Shown here: piece by piece, positions 20,176 through 29,578 of the stretch
Numbering within the stretch: the first letter of the stretch is position 1
Layout of the letters: the number at the start of each line of letters is the position of its first letter
Source: a virus
Lineage: Duplodnaviria; Caudoviricetes
Virus record (IMG/VR): IMGVR_UViG_2974629863_000001
Span: 1-64,000 of that record
Reading direction: 5' to 3' (one strand)
Length of the DNA stretch: 64,000 nucleotides
Notes under the pieces: generated by a model
Databases searched by the model: none
What the model saw: only the letters and a program-made list of their open reading frames with translations
What the model was told of the DNA's origin: nothing
Made by a program: the position numbers and the translations under genes

Positions 20176-20458
20176 CTTGTATCACACTTAATAAAGGTGG
20201 CTTCATGCCATGAGTTTTGAAAGAAGAATTAAACTTTGTGTAGAGCGTCAGATCGTCGTCTTGATCGGCTGGAAGAACTAGCTCTACGATGTCGATTCCG
20301 CTACTATCTCTAGACAACAGAGGCACTGGAAGACCTTCCCGTAGGCAGAATGCCTCTGCTATTTCCTGTGTTAATTCAGGGGGAGTTTCAAACTTTCTCA
20401 GAGGTGAATAGAGGAACAAATGCTTGCCTAAATCTGTCTTTAGATCGTCTATTCTCAA
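20156..20458 (-). CDS. hypothetical protein
   Basis: ORF in operon. Confidence 0.6.
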   Translation of the reverse strand: MRIDDLKTDLGKHLFLYSPLRKFETPPELTQEIAEAFCLREGLPVPLLSRDSSGIDIVELVLPADQDDDLTLYTKFNSSFKTHGMKPPLLSVIQDDTNSN

Positions 20459-20844
20459 AGTTCAAACACTCTCGTATGGATTTTAGCCTTACGGGCCATT
20501 TCGACAGTTTGCCAGGTTCCGGGGGATTCACCATCGGGAAAGGCTAGACAGAAATGAGCACCAGAATCAACCATCTGTTGATTACGAACTTTATATGCAT
20601 CGTCTCCATAAAGATCAAAGTTAGGAGGATACTTTTCTACAGCAATGCCATATTGACTAGCATATGTATTTGCGATTTGATCTACAGATATTCCATCTAG
20701 GTATCTGCTTGGGCAATCTCCATGAATAAATACATACTTGCTGTAGTTCTTATCGGTAATGCTGGACATAAAGTAATGAATAGTGCTCCAAACTAAGTCT
20801 TGACGACTGTGATCACCATGTCCAGTAAAAAGAATTCTAATCAT
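20455..20844 (-). CDS. SLOG/YspA-like (DprA-related) protein
   Basis: RILFTG, IHGDC, RNQQMVDSGA, SPGTWQTVEMA. Confidence 0.8.
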   Translation of the reverse strand: MIRILFTGHGDHSRQDLVWSTIHYFMSSITDKNYSKYVFIHGDCPSRYLDGISVDQIANTYASQYGIAVEKYPPNFDLYGDDAYKVRNQQMVDSGAHFCLAFPDGESPGTWQTVEMARKAKIHTRVFEL

Positions 20845-21092
20845 ATCTTTCCAATCAGATCAGCAACAATACTTCTCTTAGCTTTCTTCTTTGCAGAATT
20901 GCTATTAATTGCTCTTTCAAATTCTTGGGACTTATAAGAAGAACTATTAATTTTAAACTCAGAGGTAATGAGGTAAACGGGCCATTTGACCAATTTTACT
21001 CTCTGCTTACCAGCATCTACAGCAAAACCAATTTTAACAATATCTTCTATATTCTCTAGAATATCAGAAAATTTAAGTTCTTCTTTACTCAT
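20841..21092 (-). CDS. hypothetical protein
   Basis: First gene of the leftward arm, MSKEELKF. Confidence 0.6.
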   Translation of the reverse strand: MSKEELKFSDILENIEDIVKIGFAVDAGKQRVKLVKWPVYLITSEFKINSSSYKSQEFERAINSNSAKKKAKRSIVADLIGKI

Positions 21093-21175
21093 TGTTCTTC
21101 TTTCTAATCTGAGATTTAAACTCAGAAAAAGTAATAGTAGTTGCCGGGCGAAGCCCGGTGTATAGCCAATCAATT

Positions 21176-21305
21176 GTTGTACTTGTAAATACTTAAAAAA
21201 TAATAGAAGTAAGTACTTGTTATACTTGCTAGTACTTGTTTTTTATACTCTATGATTAGAAGTAATTACTTGTTTTACTTGTCTGTAGTTGTTTTTTCTT
21301 GTTTT
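21176..21305. repeat. AT-rich phased TACTTG repeats, candidate origin
   Basis: TACTTG at 21180, 21214, 21223, 21233, 21267, 21276; variants at 21190, 21286, 21296; located at the strand switch. Confidence 0.55.
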
Positions 21306-21721
21306 TATTAATTGATAGAAGAAAATTTCTTTTCTCTTTTGGAGCTACGCTCTTCCATTGTGGATACACTTAGGCCTAGATAGAAACAATTGCTTGCCGA
21401 CTGTCTTACTTTTGTAAAGGGCTTCTGGAAGCATCACCAACCGCGCTTGTCTTTACTTATTCCTTGTCTAGGGGAACCCACGTGCTTTGTACTAGGGCGT
21501 TTTGTCTAACTCAGATGAAAAGAAACTCCACCGGGAAACTCCATCCTATCAGATGAAGTGTGATGCCTACCAGTGGAGCTTCTTAGTCTATTATTTTGAA
21601 TTGGAATCTGCATTCGAGGTCATCACGTCCGAACAAAAACCATCCTACCACAGGCCGAAATTGTTGTCAAACCGACCGCCCGCGCCCCTTGACTCTGAGA
21701 TTGTAGTAGGATAGACGGACA

Positions 21722-22072
21722 ATGACAGACCAACCACGAAAGACAGGAACCTACGTATCGGGAAAATTCTTTAGCAGTGTCAAGTACGAAGCGGAGCGAC
21801 GTAACATCGACTTCGATCTTACCATAGACTTTTTGGACGGACTCATTAGAGGACAGAACCACAGATGCTATTATTCAAATTTACCTATAGATGCTAAGAC
21901 AAGGAACTCTATTACAGCAAGTCTTGATAGAGTAGACAGTTCGAAAGGATACACAACAGACAATGTACATTTTGTATACAAAGACGTGAACTTCATGAAG
22001 TGGACTTTACAAGAGTCTAAGTTTTTAGACTTGGTTGATAGAATTTATGAAAATAAGCATTCGAAAGTTTGA
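21722..22072 (+). CDS. HNH-like endonuclease
   Basis: AERRNIDFDLT, QNHRCYYS, SLDRVDSSKGYTTDNV...VNFMK. Confidence 0.75.
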   Translation: MTDQPRKTGTYVSGKFFSSVKYEAERRNIDFDLTIDFLDGLIRGQNHRCYYSNLPIDAKTRNSITASLDRVDSSKGYTTDNVHFVYKDVNFMKWTLQESKFLDLVDRIYENKHSKV

Positions 22073-22183
22073 TATAATCAGTAATTATGATAGCAACGCT
22101 ATTGACTTGGATTGCAATTGCGGTTGAAGCATTTTGCGGTATAATGGCAGGTCTACTATTAAAGAAAGTAACAGGAGAACACC

Positions 22184-22516
22184 TTGAAACTGCCACATGG
22201 ATACCTACAAACAATCTACTCTCCGAACGAGTGGTTGAATCTGATATACAAGACGGATTTGACACCATTGCACAAGTTAGTAGCGACGATAATAGCGAAG
22301 ACTTGCACTTATTCGAAACATCACCAACTCCAATTATCTAGCATTAGCTATTACACGATCAGTAGAATTATAAAGATGAATAGTACAGAAACCAGCCGGG
22401 TCATTCAGGAGTTGATTGACCTAGGCTGGTTGTTTGATGTAGAACTGAAGAACGGTGCATTGAAAGCATACGCACTGACGTTCAGTTTGATACCACTTGG
22501 AGAGATGAGAACATGA
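22184..22516 (+). CDS. winged helix-turn-helix DNA-binding protein
   Basis: ISYYTISRIIKMNSTETSRVIQELIDLGWL; TTG start with AGGAG SD and upstream TATAAT. Confidence 0.7.
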   Translation: MKLPHGYLQTIYSPNEWLNLIYKTDLTPLHKLVATIIAKTCTYSKHHQLQLSSISYYTISRIIKMNSTETSRVIQELIDLGWLFDVELKNGALKAYALTFSLIPLGEMRT

Positions 22517-22752
22517 GACCAGTAGCTAACAAAAAGGCATTACAAAGACCAACACCCTTGCCGCCAGAACTTGTAATTCAACGAGCAGGTAAATATTGGT
22601 TTTATTCCTATATTAGATACGATAATCATAAATATAAAGGCTGGTATAAACTTGGTTATGAGCGAGCTTATAAAAAGGGACAGAAAGAGTTGAGGAAATT
22701 CAACGAAAGATTAAGTTATCTAAGAGAGGTTAGAGTATTTAATGCGGATTAA
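22513..22752 (+). CDS. basic hypothetical protein
   Basis: ATGA overlap. Confidence 0.6.
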   Translation: MRPVANKKALQRPTPLPPELVIQRAGKYWFYSYIRYDNHKYKGWYKLGYERAYKKGQKELRKFNERLSYLREVRVFNAD

Positions 22753-23737
22753 CATTAATTCAGCCGTGGAACTGGATTATACAGAAGTAGGGTTTGGTCA
22801 TGCGATCAGTAACATCTATCAGTCATTGGCTAATTTAGGTCATACTGTATCTGTAAATGACAAAACAGCACCACTACAGTTTCATTGGATGCAACCAGAT
22901 CTTTGTCAGCCAATCGGTCATGCCTACAATATTCTCTACTTTCCTTGGGAATCTACTAAGCTCAGAACAGCTTGGAAAGATATGTGTAATCGTCCTCTGT
23001 TGGATGAAATCTGGACAACAACACCTTGGTGCCGGGACATTCTGGTGGCCGAGGGTATAGAGAAAAAAGAGCCAATCAAAGTATTTCAACATGGCATTTC
23101 CTCTGAGTGGAGTCCGAAGTATAGAACACGTAGAGGTCCATTGAAGTTCCTTATCGTAGATGCAGAAGCTAATCGTAAAGGTTGGCAAGAAGCATTTGAT
23201 GCATTCAGAACTGTGTTTCAAGATGATCCTACTAAAGCCACATTGACAATTAAAACAAGACAACATAGCAGAGTACGATGGTTCGATGAGATGAATAGAG
23301 TTCATTCACCACAAGAACTAGCAAATGTAAATGTTGTTGTAGGTAGAATCTCTAATGAAGAGATGGTTCAGATGTATCAGAATCATGATGTATTCCTTGG
23401 ACCTAGTTATGGTGAAGGCTTCGGCTTTCTTCCGTTTCAGATGCTTGCAACTGGTGGACCTACAATCTGTACTAGAGAGTGGGCACCGTATGCTCACTAC
23501 CTGGGTGATCTAGCTCTCGATTCTACCTACGGCGAGACAAAATGGCAAGGGGAGCATCCTGGGCTAGTTTGCTACCCAGATCAGAGGCATTTAGAGGAAC
23601 TAATTAGGTTCGTGTACGATGACTTCGAGAACCAGGCAGATCAATTTTTCTCACGAAGCTTTGATCTACATGCTGAATATGACTGGAATAAGTTGACAAA
23701 AAATGCGTTCGAAAATGTCGTATCCCGCTTCGAGTGA
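22742..23737 (+). CDS. GT-B (family 4-like) glycosyltransferase
   Basis: NRKGW, PSYGEGFGFLPFQMLATGGPTI. Confidence 0.88.
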   Translation: MRININSAVELDYTEVGFGHAISNIYQSLANLGHTVSVNDKTAPLQFHWMQPDLCQPIGHAYNILYFPWESTKLRTAWKDMCNRPLLDEIWTTTPWCRDILVAEGIEKKEPIKVFQHGISSEWSPKYRTRRGPLKFLIVDAEANRKGWQEAFDAFRTVFQDDPTKATLTIKTRQHSRVRWFDEMNRVHSPQELANVNVVVGRISNEEMVQMYQNHDVFLGPSYGEGFGFLPFQMLATGGPTICTREWAPYAHYLGDLALDSTYGETKWQGEHPGLVCYPDQRHLEELIRFVYDDFENQADQFFSRSFDLHAEYDWNKLTKNAFENVVSRFE

Positions 23738-23809
23738 CCAGCGAGAACGCCAAAAGTCTGCTACAATAGATAAACCAAATAAAGAATAACAAGACCTGTA
23801 AAAGGTTGG

Positions 23810-23852
23810 TACTACACCATGTTTGGCAATATGCATGGTGTGGTATTTTTTT
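23810..23852 (+). terminator. terminator-like hairpin in the nrdB leader
   Basis: TACTACACCATG...CATGGTGTGGTA followed by T7; extended -10 TGCTACAAT at 23759. Confidence 0.6.
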
Positions 23853-23885
23853 AACCCTAAAACAGGAGAAAGAGGCGAAAAGTAA

Positions 23886-24866
23886 GTGATCGACACCACA
23901 AACACCAGGATTAGACAAGCTAAAGAAGCATATGTATTTGACTACCCTATCTTCGATGAACTAGCAGAGAAGCAACGTAGTATCTTTTGGACAGCTACAG
24001 AAATTGGCGTTGAAAATGACAAGCAAGATTTCCTTGTAAACGTCACAAAGGCAGAACGAGAAGCTGTAAAGACTACACTTAAGCTATTCACGATCTATGA
24101 ACTAATTCTTGGTGGTGAAATCTGGGGTGATCGACTCTTTAAGGCTTTCCCGCGTCCAGAAACACAGATGATGTGTAATGCATTTAGCTTCATGGAACTT
24201 AATGCACATGCACCATTCTATGCAAAGCTTAATCAGGCTCTTATGATTGATACTGAAGACTTCTATCTGTCATATAAGAATGATCCTGTTCTAGCAGAAA
24301 GAATTAAGTTCGTACATGAGGCGGTAGAAGATGAGGATCTTCTGTATGCCATTGCAGTATTCACACTAATGGAAAACTGTGTTCTATACAGTTCATTTGC
24401 TTTCCTAAAGCACTTTCAGAGTGAAGGAAAGAACCTACTAAAGAATGTAGTTGCTGGTATTAACTTCTCAGCTAAAGATGAGAATCTACATGCCACCGGA
24501 GCAAGTTTCCTATTTAGAACAACGCTGAATGAAGCGGAAGCAAGTGAGTCAGACAAGAAAGATCTATTCGATAAGATCAAAGAAGTAGCACGAAATATTT
24601 ATGAGCACGAATCAAGAATTATCGATATGTTATTTGAACATGGGGATATTGAAGGTATCTCTAAAGAAGATTTGAATGCTTTTGTTAAGTCCCGCGTGAA
24701 CCTAACACTAGAAAATCTTGACATCGATCCAATTTTTGAAGTTAATGACAACCCAATTGCAGATTGGTTCTACGCCGGTATCTCAGGAACACAGTTTCAC
24801 GACTTCTTCCAGGTCACCGGAAATGAATACAACCGAGATTGGAATGAAGAGGAGTTTACGTTTTAA
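23886..24866 (+). CDS. nrdB: ribonucleotide reductase class Ia beta subunit
   Basis: FWTATE, ELNAH...Y, DENLH, HDFF diiron/tyrosyl motifs. Confidence 0.93.
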   Translation: MIDTTNTRIRQAKEAYVFDYPIFDELAEKQRSIFWTATEIGVENDKQDFLVNVTKAEREAVKTTLKLFTIYELILGGEIWGDRLFKAFPRPETQMMCNAFSFMELNAHAPFYAKLNQALMIDTEDFYLSYKNDPVLAERIKFVHEAVEDEDLLYAIAVFTLMENCVLYSSFAFLKHFQSEGKNLLKNVVAGINFSAKDENLHATGASFLFRTTLNEAEASESDKKDLFDKIKEVARNIYEHESRIIDMLFEHGDIEGISKEDLNAFVKSRVNLTLENLDIDPIFEVNDNPIADWFYAGISGTQFHDFFQVTGNEYNRDWNEEEFTF

Positions 24867-26561
24867 ATGGGACAATTATGGGAAGAGTTTTCAAAAGAAA
24901 GAAAGGCTTTACAGGCGGCAGGAGAGATCCCTTCCTTTATGGAGACAGCAGGATACTCTATGTTTGTAAAGAAGTATATCGAGCCGGGACAGTCAGTGAA
25001 AGACCGTTACCAGAAGATAGCAAAGACGGCAGGAGCAATTGCCTCTGAGTTATACGGTGAAAACAATTGGGAAGCAGAGTTCTTCAATATTATCTGGAAG
25101 GGTTGGCTAAGTCCATCTACACCTATTCTTGCTAACCTAGGCACTAATAGAGGAATGTCTGTTAGTTGTGAAGGTAGTCATGTTGGAGATTCAGTCTTCG
25201 ATTTCTACGACACACTAAAAGAGGCAGCAGTTCTAAGTCAGAATGGCTTTGGCACTTCAGCGTACATGGGAGCTATTCGCCCAAGAGGATCTAAGTTCTC
25301 AGACAACGGCAAGGCTAATGGCGTAGTTCCGATCTTCGAGAACTTTGTGGAAATGACTAATCAGATTTCACAAGGATCAAATCGTCGTGGCTCATGGGCC
25401 GGGTATCTAGAAGTAGATCACGATGACTTCGATGAGCTATGCGATAAGCTAGAGAAGGAGCCAGCTAATCTTAATATTGGTTGGATTATCACAGATGCAT
25501 TCAAGGAAAAACTTCTAGCTGGTGACAAGGACTCTCTACGTCGCTATCAGAAGATGCTCAAGACTAAGATGGTCACAGGCAAGGGATATCTTTGGTTCGT
25601 AGATGATGTAAACCGTCAGCAGACTCTTCCTTATAAGTTAAATGGTCTTAAGAACAAGGCGTCAAACCTTTGCTCGGAGATTACGCTATTTTCAGACGAA
25701 GAGCATTCATATACATGTGTTCTTAGTTCTCTAAACTTGAATTACTATGACGACTGGAAAGACACTAACACAGTGTTCTTAGCTACAGTCTTTCTAGATT
25801 GTGTTGCAGAGGATTTTCTTCGAAAGGCTCGCAATGTTCCTGGATTAGAGCGTGCAGTTCGATACACTGAAAAGGCACGTAGTCTTGGTCTTGGTGTTAT
25901 GGGATATCATAGCTATCTACAGAAGAATAATATTGCCTGGAAAGATGCAGGAGAAATTAACCAAGAAATCTTTTTTGATATTAGTTTTCAAGCACGAAGC
26001 GCCTCTAGATACATGGCTAAGCTTGCCGGTTCGCCAGAATGGTGCGAGGGAACTGGACTAAGAAACACTCACCTACAGGCAATTGCACCAACAATGTCTA
26101 CTGCATTAATCGTCGGTGGTACAAGTCAGGGTATTGAACCGTATATCGGTAATATCTGGAATCAGACCAGCGCAGCAGGAGAAATGGCACGTATCAATCC
26201 TAACTTGCTTGCAATTATGAAAGATCGTGGAGTTTACAATCAGGATACTATTGACTTTGTTATTGAAGACAATGGATCAGTACAGAATGTAGATTGGCTA
26301 GATGATCATGAAAAGGAAGTCTTTAAGACAGCCTATGAAATTGATCAGGAACTAATCGTTAAGCACGCTTCAGAGCGACAGCCTTATATCGATCAGGGAC
26401 AATCACTAAATCTACATTTTGACAACACACCACCTGGCGAAATATCCAGGATTCACAAAATAGCCATGTTAGACCCGAACATCAAAGGACTTTATTACCT
26501 AAGGTCACGAGCAGGAGCAAAGGGAAGCAATGGCAAGTCAGTAAGAAAGGAGACTTCATAA
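24867..26561 (+). CDS. nrdA: ribonucleotide reductase class Ia alpha subunit lacking the C-terminal cysteine pair
   Basis: SPSTP, VSC, SNLCSEI, APTMST, LYYLRS; no ATP cone; no Cys after YYLRS. Confidence 0.93.
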   Translation: MGQLWEEFSKERKALQAAGEIPSFMETAGYSMFVKKYIEPGQSVKDRYQKIAKTAGAIASELYGENNWEAEFFNIIWKGWLSPSTPILANLGTNRGMSVSCEGSHVGDSVFDFYDTLKEAAVLSQNGFGTSAYMGAIRPRGSKFSDNGKANGVVPIFENFVEMTNQISQGSNRRGSWAGYLEVDHDDFDELCDKLEKEPANLNIGWIITDAFKEKLLAGDKDSLRRYQKMLKTKMVTGKGYLWFVDDVNRQQTLPYKLNGLKNKASNLCSEITLFSDEEHSYTCVLSSLNLNYYDDWKDTNTVFLATVFLDCVAEDFLRKARNVPGLERAVRYTEKARSLGLGVMGYHSYLQKNNIAWKDAGEINQEIFFDISFQARSASRYMAKLAGSPEWCEGTGLRNTHLQAIAPTMSTALIVGGTSQGIEPYIGNIWNQTSAAGEMARINPNLLAIMKDRGVYNQDTIDFVIEDNGSVQNVDWLDDHEKEVFKTAYEIDQELIVKHASERQPYIDQGQSLNLHFDNTPPGEISRIHKIAMLDPNIKGLYYLRSRAGAKGSNGKSVRKETS

Positions 26562-26654
26562 ATGGATCTAGACAATCTTGAATTTGATTTTGATGAAGAT
26601 GCCGTTGCATGTGCAATCGCTAATGGCGATGACTGCACAGTGTGCGAGGGTTAA
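26562..26654 (+). CDS. 30-aa free-standing NrdA C-terminal redox-tail peptide (not in ORF track)
   Basis: MDLDNLEFDFDEDAVACAIANGDDCTVCEG; in frame directly after the nrdA TAA; AAGGAG SD; lies before the terminator. Confidence 0.8.
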   Translation: MDLDNLEFDFDEDAVACAIANGDDCTVCEG

Positions 26655-26670
26655 ATAAATAGAAAACATG

Positions 26671-26705
26671 ACTAGCCACCTTCCCTAGATGGGACGGTGG
26701 CTAGT
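26671..26705 (+). terminator. hairpin ending the nrd operon
   Basis: ACTAGCCACC...GGTGGCTAGT. Confidence 0.7.
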
Positions 26706-26728
26706 TCTATATGTGTTAAAATAAATAT

Positions 26729-27547
26729 ATGACATTCAACGAGAACGCAAAGCCTAAGAAAAAAAGAGTTATCTGGAAGCGCGCATTAATTGCAGCAGCA
26801 GTTGTTATCGGTGTAGGAGTCCCGGCAACGCTAGAACTAAACAACGACTCAGTAGAAACATGTACGGTGGAGCAAGCCAATACAAGTACAGATTGCAGAA
26901 TTGAATTTACTGCATCAAGTCTAGATACTGTATGGTCACAGGTTCTCAAAGAAAATACCGGAGTTGCTTACACGTCTCCGACAGTAACAGTATTCGACGG
27001 ATCGGTAAGCACAGCTTGCGGAACAGGAACTACCAAAAATGGTGCTTTCTATTGTTCATATGATCAAACTGTTTATATCGATACCAAGTTCTTCGATCAA
27101 CTCACACAATGGGGATCTTCAGTTGGTCCACTAGCTCAGGAATATGTATTAGCTCACGAGTTCGGCCACCACATTCAGAATCAGCTAGGAGTTCTTCAGC
27201 GAGGATTCTCAAATAGTCGTGGTGATGGATCTATGCCAGTTAGAACAGAACTACAGGCAGATTGTTATGCAGGAGTCTGGGCTACTAAATCAGATGAGGT
27301 AAATACCGAGTCAGGGGCACCGGGAGTTAACCAGATTTCCCCACAGCAGCTCACAGACGCTCTCACGGCGGCAGAGGCAGTAGGAGATGACAATATCCAA
27401 ACGCACAGGGGAGAACAAGTGAATGCACAGAAATGGGCACATGGTTCTTCTGAGCAACGACAAGCTTGGTTCTTAAGAGGATATACTTCAGGCAATATGA
27501 ATCAGTGTGATACATATAACATTGAGGACATCAATATACCAAAGTAG
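26729..27547 (+). CDS. neutral zinc metallopeptidase (YpfJ-like), membrane-anchored
   Basis: AFYC, AHEFGHH, ELQADCYAG, HGSSEQR. Confidence 0.88.
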   Translation: MTFNENAKPKKKRVIWKRALIAAAVVIGVGVPATLELNNDSVETCTVEQANTSTDCRIEFTASSLDTVWSQVLKENTGVAYTSPTVTVFDGSVSTACGTGTTKNGAFYCSYDQTVYIDTKFFDQLTQWGSSVGPLAQEYVLAHEFGHHIQNQLGVLQRGFSNSRGDGSMPVRTELQADCYAGVWATKSDEVNTESGAPGVNQISPQQLTDALTAAEAVGDDNIQTHRGEQVNAQKWAHGSSEQRQAWFLRGYTSGNMNQCDTYNIEDINIPK

Positions 27548-27566
27548 TAGTGTATAATTATTTCTT

Positions 27567-28139
27567 ATGGAAAATGAATCAGCAGCATCGAGATTTACGC
27601 GCAAATGGACCAGTATTAGAGATGATCGTAAGGTTCGTGGTTGGGATAGTAGACCAGCAGAAAGAAAAGATCGAGAGTTTGTTGACTCGACACCAGCAGT
27701 AGAACCAAGTGAAAGAGTAGCTTGGTCAGGATCTATGATAGTAAAACCATACGGATCTACAGTAGATCTTCCACTCATTACAGAAAATGTAAGTGGGTAT
27801 GACTTTGGAATCTTTAGTCCATTTATCTCTGTACCAGATTTGACACTAACAAATTGTTCCGTTCCGGGAATCATGCCACCTTATGCAACAGAAGAGCCAA
27901 CTAAGGCATATGTAGCAACACTTGTCAATTGCACAATTACAGGATTCTCGCTTTACGGTTGCACAGTAATTAACGGAAACTTTACAGAAGTAAATGCAAT
28001 TCTAAAGAATCTACATGACACTCAGCCAGAGATGTATACAAAGGATCTTGTCAAATCTCAACTAAACTCTATTCGTGAATTCCAAATGATAGAGGTTGGC
28101 GGTAACTTCTTAACTGAAGCAGATGTAGACTCCTGGTAA
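27567..28139 (+). CDS. hypothetical protein; N-terminus shared with 29579..29758
   Basis: RFTRKW...RKVRGWDSRPAER. Confidence 0.7.
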   Translation: MENESAASRFTRKWTSIRDDRKVRGWDSRPAERKDREFVDSTPAVEPSERVAWSGSMIVKPYGSTVDLPLITENVSGYDFGIFSPFISVPDLTLTNCSVPGIMPPYATEEPTKAYVATLVNCTITGFSLYGCTVINGNFTEVNAILKNLHDTQPEMYTKDLVKSQLNSIREFQMIEVGGNFLTEADVDSW

Positions 28140-28156
28140 TATGTTAGAATTGCTAT

Positions 28157-29557
28157 ATGTCTTATATAGAAATTTGGTCACCAAATAAAAATTCAGGTAC
28201 AGGTGGATTCAAGAAATCTATTATTGTTATCCACACGTCGGAACCAGGTCCGTATGCACCTGGTAGAAATCCAGGAACCGCAGCTAATCTAGGTAGATAC
28301 CTACAGAGCGCGAGCGTACAAGCAAGTTACCATATGATCGTTGATCCTAATGGTGATAAATGCAGATGCCTATCTAATGCAGATAGAGCTTGGGCAGCAG
28401 GCCCGATTGCTAATAATGAAGGATTCCATATCTGTGCAGTAGGTTGGGCAGCGTGGTCACGTCAAGAGTGGCTATCTATGCCTAAGATGCTAGACGGAAT
28501 GGCAGAAGAAATTGCTCTATGGTGTAAGGCAGAAGGAATCCCAGCACAATATGTTGTGGCTAAGGATCTGCCTAATGACATCTGGGGTATTACAACTCAT
28601 CTTCAGACAGCATTAGCTTGGAGACAAACAGATCATAGTGATCCAGGTCCAAACTTCCCGATTGATGTTTTGATTGAAAAGGTTAAAGCATATATGGGTG
28701 GAAGTGTTATTGCACCTGTTGAAAAGGAAACAGCTATTCAGGCTAAGCGCAGAATTGCAGATTGGCTGGGTAAGCGTGTTATTGATGCAGAGGAATTCCC
28801 AACGCCAGACGGTATCGGTAGATTCTGTGATTACGAAAACGGAATGATCTACTGGACACCAGCAACAGGCGCACAGGCAATGTCTAATGAAATGGTCGAT
28901 AAGTACGCAACAGTTGGCTACGAAAAGAGTTTCCTTGGATACCCTATCAATGACGTACACGATCTGCCAGATAAGGCCGGAAGAGCGCAAGCGTTCCAGA
29001 ATGGATCTATCTATTGGTCTGAGAAAACAAAAGCTCAGATTGTAAACGGAGTTATTGGAAACAAATGGGCTGCATCAGGTTGGGAAAAGGGAGAGCTAGG
29101 ATTCCCAACAACAGATGAAATCAAACTGCCAGACGGTGTAGGTATTATTCAGGTATTCGAAAAAGCACATATCTACTACACACCAGCAAGTGGAGCAGGA
29201 ATCATCAAGGGTCTTATTTGGGACGAGTTCACTAAGCAGAACTTCGAAAAGGGCTTAGGATATCCTCTTACAGATGAGATTGCTACTGCAAATAACTCAG
29301 GTGTATTCCAGAAGTTTGATTTTGCTCAGGTCTACTACAAGTGGGGAGATGCTAGAGCCTACTCTATCTTCAACGACATTCTAGATATTTATGCTAGATT
29401 CGGATACGAGACAGGTCGTCTAGGATACCCAACTTCTAATAGAACTCTAGTGGAAAAAACGAAGTGGCTTCAGAAATTCCAGGGTGGATCTATTCAAGTA
29501 GACACTAGTACTAAAGAAGTAGTACTAATTATTGAAGGAGAGTCCATTTCTGTATAA
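28157..29557 (+). CDS. endolysin: amidase-2 domain plus LGFP repeats
   Basis: VIHTSE, ASYH, HSDPGPNFP; repeated LGYP/LGFP motifs. Confidence 0.92.
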   Translation: MSYIEIWSPNKNSGTGGFKKSIIVIHTSEPGPYAPGRNPGTAANLGRYLQSASVQASYHMIVDPNGDKCRCLSNADRAWAAGPIANNEGFHICAVGWAAWSRQEWLSMPKMLDGMAEEIALWCKAEGIPAQYVVAKDLPNDIWGITTHLQTALAWRQTDHSDPGPNFPIDVLIEKVKAYMGGSVIAPVEKETAIQAKRRIADWLGKRVIDAEEFPTPDGIGRFCDYENGMIYWTPATGAQAMSNEMVDKYATVGYEKSFLGYPINDVHDLPDKAGRAQAFQNGSIYWSEKTKAQIVNGVIGNKWAASGWEKGELGFPTTDEIKLPDGVGIIQVFEKAHIYYTPASGAGIIKGLIWDEFTKQNFEKGLGYPLTDEIATANNSGVFQKFDFAQVYYKWGDARAYSIFNDILDIYARFGYETGRLGYPTSNRTLVEKTKWLQKFQGGSIQVDTSTKEVVLIIEGESISV

Positions 29558-29578
29558 TTAATGTTATAATTAATTATT

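Noticed and set aside
22087-22341. 84-aa ORF with an upstream TATAAT
   Set aside because: It largely overlaps the HTH gene, which has a better SD, its own promoter and a recognisable fold; not fully excluded.
23811-23845. Possible NrdR boxes upstream of nrdB
   Set aside because: Only one arm loosely fits the consensus; a hairpin with a T-tract explains the symmetry better.
26559-26561. Genome-wide TAA reassignment as an explanation for the nrdA and dnaE stops
   Set aside because: TAA ends many clearly complete genes (capsid, portal, helicase), and the dnaE break also needs a frame change.
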